From positions 146,506,001 through 146,570,000 of the forward strand of contig NC_042998.1 in NCBI RefSeq assembly GCF_006345805.1: 64,000 nt of DNA. The letters are read 5' to 3'. How positions within the stretch are numbered: the first letter of the stretch is position 1; each line of letters opens with the position of its first letter. Shown here in pieces: positions 56,991-64,000 of this stretch. Source of the DNA: Octopus sinensis. Taxonomy: Eukaryota. The notes below the pieces were generated by a model that saw only the letters and a list, made by a program, of their open reading frames with translations, ran no database searches and was not told the origin of the DNA. A program made the position numbers and the translations under genes.

Positions 56991-59500
56991 GTGTTTAGCA
57001 GGGTGTGTTGGAAGTGCTGTTACAGCCATCTTCAATCTGGAATACTGAAAAGTCAGCTTATAAGCTGTATAGTAATGATATTCTAAAATTACAATAATCT
57101 AAGTTAGTTATAACTGCCCCTCCTAAAGATGTCTTAAAACTTCAAGAATGTACTTTGGACATTATATCTTCTTTTACTTGTTTCAGTCATTTGACTGCGG
57201 CCATGCTGGAGCACTGCCTTTCTCTCTCTCTCTGAACGAATAGGTACACTGAGTAAATGGTGTAATAGATTATCAGGGTTCCACGCTCATAACTGAGACG
57301 CAGCTATGGGTCCATTTTATGTTTCTGTTTTAGTAGATATCTGCTATATATATATAAAGGTATGTTGATTCAAACAGGAAAAATAAAACTCAAAATATGA
57401 GTTTATGTATATTTTTATTAATATTTAGCAGAAGCAGAGTGACTCAATGTCTGAGAGTTTTGTGCATTAGCACTGCCAACATACAAAACTCTTGAACTTT
57501 GAGTTACTCTGTTACTTCTGCAATATATATATATATATATATTAATGTGAATTTAGAGGATATATTATCCAGGTAGATACAGTGGTAGCTCTCAGTTATG
57601 TTCCAGGTTACAGCCAACAACATTGATTAGTATTTAACGCCTATGACTACTATGAGTTGTCACTAATGCTGTAAATTCCTCTGATAGATAATTCCATGTT
57701 TGCTTCTTTGGATAGATTATCTGGAGTGTATATTAGCAATAATTATAATGATATACAATATGGAGACTTGTTCATCACAAAATTCCTTTTTATTTTACAA
57801 TTTCATACAGTATATTTTCATGATTATTATGACCTAGATGTGTTTCTACTGCATAGAGTTGATAAATATTTGGGGTCGATAAATTAAGTACCAGTTACGC
57901 ATTGGGGTCGATGTAATCGACTTAATACCTATGTCTGTCCTTGTTTGTCCCATCTATGTTTGGCCCCTTGTGGGTAATAAAGAAATAGAGTATGGGTAGT
58001 TGCACATGCAACAAGGCATAATTTTGCCTGGTTACATGTGCAGCAGCCCATACTCTTTGCAATGGGAACACGAGTAGGTCATAATAGCCAAGAAAATATG
58101 CTGTATGAAATCATGAAATAAAAGGTAGTAAATTTTGTGGATGAACAAATCTCCATATTCTATATTGTTACAATGTGTGTACATCAACTTTAGAACTAAA
58201 TTATAAACATGCATGTTCTCAAATCAATGACCAACACTATAAGTTAAGCAAAGAAACTTTGATTACATGATTGAACTGTCTCACTGAATTCTATACTTCA
58301 AGTTCCACTAATCCTAAAAGGCCACGAGCCTGATTTTTCTAATAAACAACAACAGCAGCAGCAGCAACTACTACTACTACTACTGCTGCTACTACACAAT
58401 AACAGGTTTCTTTGTTTCAATCTGTTAAATCTGTTCTTAAGGCTTTAGTCAGCCCAGGGATATAGTAGAAGATACCTGTGGTTGGGAAGTAAACTACACA
58501 GCCATGCCAACATCAAGTTTATTATAAACATTGAGAGTACTATATAACTGATGTGTGTTTTGTTAACTTGAAGTGCTAAGTTCAATCTTTATCATTGGCA
58601 CTGCTTGAAGAGGGGCATATCCAGTTATCTGTAAGTTTGCAGCACTGTTGATGGTGAAGGTTGGATGTAGAAGCTTGAGGTCAGGGATATCAGGTGGAAG
58701 GTTGGGTAAGGTATATTGGTTCATGTTGGGTAGCACAGAAGTTGGTACAGTACCTCCTTCAGAGAGCACTGGAGGAGATACTGTGTAGGGAAGCTTAGTG
58801 TTACCTAAATGATTAAAAATATCAATGATGTCAAGTATTGATGATCTGGTATTAACAGGAAATGACTTTGCTGTTAATATCTCAACCCTACATAATCTTT
58901 ACAGCCATCAAGTACTTCCCCTTCCCCTACAACCTCTACCTAACTACACTTCTGTCAGTCCCATTCACTTCTATCCACCTTGTACCTTGAGGATCCACCC
59001 AGACACTTCACTACTACTATTTTTATATCTTTCCAGCTCTACATGATCCCGCCAACCCTCTCTTCTAAAATATAAGTAGCCAAGTAACTAATCTACAGCA
59101 AGGAACCTACTCTGAGCCCTTCTCCCATACTTTTGCACTTCCTCTCCAAGCATAAAACTGTCTCCTTGAGGGATTGTCATCTTGCAAGTTGCATGGTGAC
59201 CTCACTACTGCTAGTGGCATAGAAAAACATTCAGTACACACTGTAAAGTGGTTAGAACTAGGAAAGGCATCCAGCAATAGAAATTATGTCAAAACAGATA
59301 CTGGAGCATGATGCAGTCCTTGGGCCTATCACATCCTGCCAAACTGTGTAACCCATGCCTATATGGAACAAGGACATTAAATGACGATGGGATGATGATT
59401 TTTTTCATGGAAACAAAGTATTTGGTAGTTATCATGAGTTTGTTATATTATTCCCAAATGCCATGGTAAACTCATATCAGAGAGTAAACTAAAAACTCAC

Positions 59501-59633
59501 CTTCCTGAGAGCATCTAATACATTATCTGGGAAATGATCATTTATCATGGTAGGAGAGACCAACACCTGCTCAAAGTCACTATTTTCAGCAATGATTGCT
59601 TGATAAACTGGTGAACTTGGTTTACATCGAGAC
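59501..59633 (-). CDS. DAGLA: Diacylglycerol lipase alpha-like, internal exon with the catalytic-His region
   Basis: ttactag|G...AAG|gtgag, phase-compatible with both neighbours. Translates SRCKPSSPVYQAIIAENSDFEQVLVSPTMINDHFPDNVLDALRK, matching DAGL F.EV.ISP.M..H.P..V...L.K. Confidence 0.9.
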
Positions 59634-59785
59634 CTAGTAATAGGGGAAGAAATATTTATAAATGAATATACTGTGTTATTTCAGAGTATGTTTGAAAATA
59701 ACTGTTTAAATATAATCAGCTTCTATTTTTGTTAAAATCAATAATTACCAATCATGAAAAGAAGAAAATAAATTCGAAAGCTTAC

Positions 59786-59973
59786 CGTTTGATGACAGGA
59801 TGACTGCGAACAATGTGAATAATTTTTCCTGGTAGAAAAAGAGGGTTGTGAGCTGACAGGCCAATACCACTGTCAAAAGGATGCAATCTAGCATTGCGCT
59901 CTAGTTTACCTTGGAGTATATTATCAGTGTTATCTGGAAGGCAGCACATCATACTCTTTGTAATAATCTTCCA
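59786..59973 (-). CDS. DAGLA: Diacylglycerol lipase alpha-like, internal coding exon
   Basis: atttcag|...|gtaag. Translates WKIITKSMMCCLP...HPFDSGIGLSAHNPLFLPGKIIHIVRSHPVIK, matching the DAGL-alpha KWRII...HPSD..IALSA..PLYPPGRIIHVV segment as recalled. Confidence 0.9.
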
Positions 59974-60114
59974 CTGAAATATAAAAATACATTAGTTATA
60001 CAACAATAGAAGGAAATGTGCCTTTGTTACATAAATTAACATGAAATATATGTATTTATCAGGTTTATATTTATTAAAGCTTCCATGTTTTTCTTAGCTT
60101 CTCATGCATTAATA

Positions 60115-61385
60115 TTGGGCCATCCTATGAATAATGCAGTTTTTTTCAATTGCATGAACTAAAAGTCAGAGGGGTACAGGATAAACTATCTGCATCAACT
60201 TGCTATAAAAGCAGGTAGTTATTTCACCTTGTCCTTATTCTTAGTGCGATTTTGAAGAGTGCAGTTCAATTTTAACTGTAATTTTTTGCAAAGCTATAAT
60301 GGAAGTGACAAAGGAGCATATTAGGCATATTTTGCTTTATGAGTTCAGTAAAGGCAACAATGCAACGTAAAGTGCGAAGAATATTAACACAGTATAAGGG
60401 GATCAGACAGTAAATGTAAGCCAGTATCAATGTTGGATCCAGAAATTCTGAGCCGGAAACTATAGCCTAGAAAATGGGCCTCATCCTGGAAGATCTGTAA
60501 AGCCTGACGAGGATGTCCTACAAACCTTGATGGAACAAAATCCCATCATAACTGTTGAGGAACTAGCAGTGAAGCTTGGATTTGGTCATTCAACCATTGA
60601 CTGACACCTGTGTGCCATTGGAAAAGTCAGCAAATTGGGTCAATAGGTTCCTCAAACTTTCTGAATCTAATTGTACACACAGAGTGAATCTGTGCTCATC
60701 TTTACTGTCATGTCTCATGAATAAACCTCTTTTGGACTGAAAAGTAACTGGTGATGAGAAATGGTTTCTCTACAAAAATGTTAAGCACCAAAGACAGTGG
60801 GTAGCGAAAAGAGAAACACTGGCACCCCAGGCTAAAGAAGGTCTTCACACACATAAAGTGTTGTTATCTGTTTGGTGGAATATGTAAGGTTTAGTCCACT
60901 TTAAACTTTTAAACACAAGCCAAATGATAACAAAGGAGATTTACTCCAAGCAGCATGAGCAGCTTAAGTCAGTACTAGAAGACAAACAACCATCTTTGGT
61001 TTTAAGATGAAAGGTGTTCTTCCTTTAGGATAATGCTCAGTCACATGCAATAAAGATGACATTCCAAAGGCTGGAGCAGTTTGAGTGAGAAATGATGCCC
61101 CACCCACCCACCATATTTGTCTCATTTGATTACCAAATTATTCTGAAGTATTCAAAATCATTTGGACAGAAAAAATATGAATTCTGTAGATGAAGTCAGA
61201 AGAGTACTGGAGGAGTGTTTTTTCTTTTTTTTGGAAGAGAAGCCTTGCAAGTCTATCATATAGATGGAAGAGCATTGTAAAAAATAAAGGAGACTATATT
61301 TTTGGTTAATAAAGAACTTTGTTTATCTTAATTTTGAAAAATAAAAGAAGTATAAAAAAACCGCATTATTTATGGGATGACCCAA
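60115..61385 (+). mobile_element. Decayed full-length mariner in a DAGLA intron
   Basis: TA|ttgggccatcctatgaataatgcag ... ccgcattatttatgggatgacccaa|TA. Motifs MEVTKEHIRHILLYEF, VTGDEKW and DNA. Confidence 0.92.
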
Positions 61386-61787
61386 TACATTCAGCTTTGG
61401 TTGTTGTTATGACATATAACTTTTATCTTCCACTTGTTTCAGTCATTAGACTGTGGCTATTCTGCCTATACTAGGCAGCATAGCCACTTATTTTTTTAAA
61501 ATCCTGATACATATTTCATTGGTATCGTTTGCCAAACTAACCAGTGATAGTTGTCAAATGGTTGTGGGGGACAAAAACAAGCACAGAAACACACACACAC
61601 ATAGATATATACATGCACATATATATGATAGACTTTTCTCAGTTTCCATCTACAAAATCCACTCACAAAGCCTTGGTCAGCCTGAGGCTATAGTAGAAGA
61701 TACCTGCGTAAAGTGCCATGCAGTGGGACTGAACCCTGAACCATATGGTTGGGAAGCAAACTTCTTACTACACAAACATTCCTGTGG

Positions 61788-61828
<41 letters not shown>

Positions 61829-61998
61829 ATATATTTATACACACAAGTGAGTGGACAAACAAAAGAAGGGCACTCAACACATTTTCCAGGAGTTACATGT
61901 ATGGATAAAAACAAATTCAATATTGCCGAGACTAGCATAATGCTTGAGACCTTTGGAGTACCAATGGATGTGAATCAAACTGTTTTGATCTATCTATC

Positions 61999-62083
<85 letters not shown>

Positions 62084-62099
62084 CTCTCTCTCTCTCTCT

Positions 62100-62400
62100 C
62101 TCTCATCTATGGCTAGAAGTATATCTTCTTCACTAATGTTGATGTATTCCATCGTAACTGCCTCGCTAGTTATAGGTGAGGCAGCAAAGAAGTCCACTGG
62201 TTCGTTCACTTGTCTGTGTTCCAACGGGGTGGTAAAGACACTTTTGAACTGGTCATTCAGTACCTCACTGATCCTTGTTGGACTATCTGTGAGGGAGCCA
62301 TCCTTTTGGAAGAGGGGTCCTATCTTGCAGCATACTAGGCTGTTTCTTTGGCACAATGAAAGAAGGCTTTTGGGTTTGACTTAATGTTTTATACAACCTG
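62100..62400 (-). mobile_element. CR1-clade LINE ORF2 fragment
   Basis: KIGPL..DGSLTD....SEVLNDQFKSVFT is the CR1 endonuclease-RT linker motif. Confidence 0.7.
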
Positions 62401-62619
62401 GGCTTAAAAAATTAAGATGGCACCAAAGTGGGAGAAGAAAGAATTGAATCTTCTGTTGTGAGCATGGATGATTGCTAGCAGTGATCTGCCAAACAATATC
62501 ATCATATTTCTAATACTTCTAGTGTTATTATTGTACCTATCATTAGTAGCATTATAGTTGTCACAATTACTGAGGCTGGTAGTAGTTGCCTTATCAAGGC
62601 TTTTATAGTTGTTGTACCT

Positions 62620-63465
62620 CCATTTCTTCCTATTCCTGCTAGGATTTATAGATATGTTATTTCATTATTATCCTTATAATTGTTGTTGTTGTTCTTCTTC
62701 TTCTTTGCGTCAAAGGCATTCCTATTGTTCCTAGTATTAGTCCTATCTCTACTATTATCCACATTATTATTCCTATTACCATTAGTGTTTCGAGGGAAAT
62801 ATTTAATTTTGTCTTTATATTCTGCATTTCTTAGTGTTATGTTATACCTATCCTTATGTTTATAAAAAATCTCTTCATTTGAGGAAAAGCTTGAGATCCT
62901 TTTACTTATATTTCGTAGAAGGGCTCTTTTTACTATTTGCAGTTTATGTCTAAGTAGCTGATTGAATAGTTTCCATTTTCTATAGTTACAGAGAGGCCAA
63001 GCCTTTACATAGTAATTTCTTTAGTAATTCAAGGCGTCTATTCGAATGGTTCCTAACTAAAAATAGCGTGTTGTCCCTATATAGACCTCCCCTTAATTCT
63101 GGGAATTCCCTACTTATATTGTCTTCTAGGTCAGTTGCTTCTACCGAGCCAGGCGAGCCCATTGTGATATTAAAAGGTCCAGTGTATCATTCCTAGCCCA
63201 TAGTTTGTTATCAAATTTGATAACAGTCTTACGGGCAGTGAGTGTAACATTTATCTCCCTCATACTTAGGTTACTGTATTTCCTGGTGAAAATAAGAGTG
63301 CTGTTCAGAACAATAGAGTTAATAGAGGAGTAGCAGTTCTGTATATCTATTTGCAAAAAATTTTGATTATATCTATTTTCTACCTGTATATTGGAGAACC
63401 AGTCTAGTGCACCTTGGGTGTTACTCCATAGTTCTAGTTTAATTTTGATTTTAGCATTGGTGAAT
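62620..63465 (-). mobile_element. Second Naiad-like Penelope RT fragment
   Basis: LWSNTQGALDWF, LQIDIQNCYSSI, ARKTV..W, GLYRDN and NISKRISSFSSNEE motifs. Confidence 0.8.
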
Positions 63466-64000
63466 ATTTCTATATATATATAATATATGTATAAATTAGA
63501 GAAGAACCACCTTTTATCAATTCAACAATGAAATAACAATGATATAATTAAATTATACCATATAGAAAAAAATTTTAAATGCGATAAAACATATACCAAT
63601 AATTAAGTAAAGTACAAAATAATAAATAAAAAGTATATAATCGCTAAATATAGTCACTCTTCAGGTCCAAGATAAAAAACAATGAAATAATTAAATAAAT
63701 AAATATACATATATAATCTGGTAAGAAAATATAAATATATATAAAAATACGTAATTTTACAATAAAAATCGAACAAAATTCAATAATATATCATAAAATA
63801 CAAACACAAAATATTTTAAATATATTCTGTTAACTAAATCTTTAAACTTAACACATAGGACTTATTATTTGTAAATTTTTTCTTGTTAAAAACATAGTAT
63901 AAATAAAACTAGAATAAATAGATATAAATATTTATTATATCTATGAAAATAAATTTTAACTTATATAAGAAAAAAATAACAAACTGATATATCATTACTA

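Noticed and set aside
63640-63670. CTGAAGAG hammerhead box (minus strand) near the second Penelope fragment
   Set aside because: No matching GAAA, stem III or stem I partner found; at most a fragment.

Overview
AT-rich, repeat-dense eukaryotic DNA, most likely an octopus/coleoid cephalopod. This is inferred from the SINE families, the long (TA)n/(TATG)n tracts and the KRAB-less poly-C2H2 gene; no search was run. Three host genes are supported: (1) a single-coding-exon C2H2 zinc-finger gene with 24 fingers (1924-4035, +); (2) a two-exon TP53RK/Bud32 KEOPS kinase (23712-23910 + 27263-27753, +); (3) the last three coding exons of a diacylglycerol lipase alpha (DAGLA/inaE-like) gene on the minus strand (59973-59786, 59633-59501, 52411-51248), two of which are absent from the ORF track. 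The rest is transposon-derived: two Naiad-type Penelope-like elements, a young CR1-clade LINE nested in a TTAA MITE, RTE and Hero-like LINE fragments, a Helitron helicase fragment, about seven decayed Tc1/mariner copies, MITEs and SINEs. The most notable non-coding structure is (a) several minimal type-I hammerhead-ribozyme motifs, including a near-canonical solo one at 40360-40402, (b) a Helitron fragment bracketed by two inverted copies of a Helitron-like 5' end, and (c) many fold-back palindromes, including a 721-bp hairpin with an 8-bp TSD in the TP53RK intron. Most short ORFs in the track are microsatellite or antisense artefacts. All alignments and folds were done by eye.
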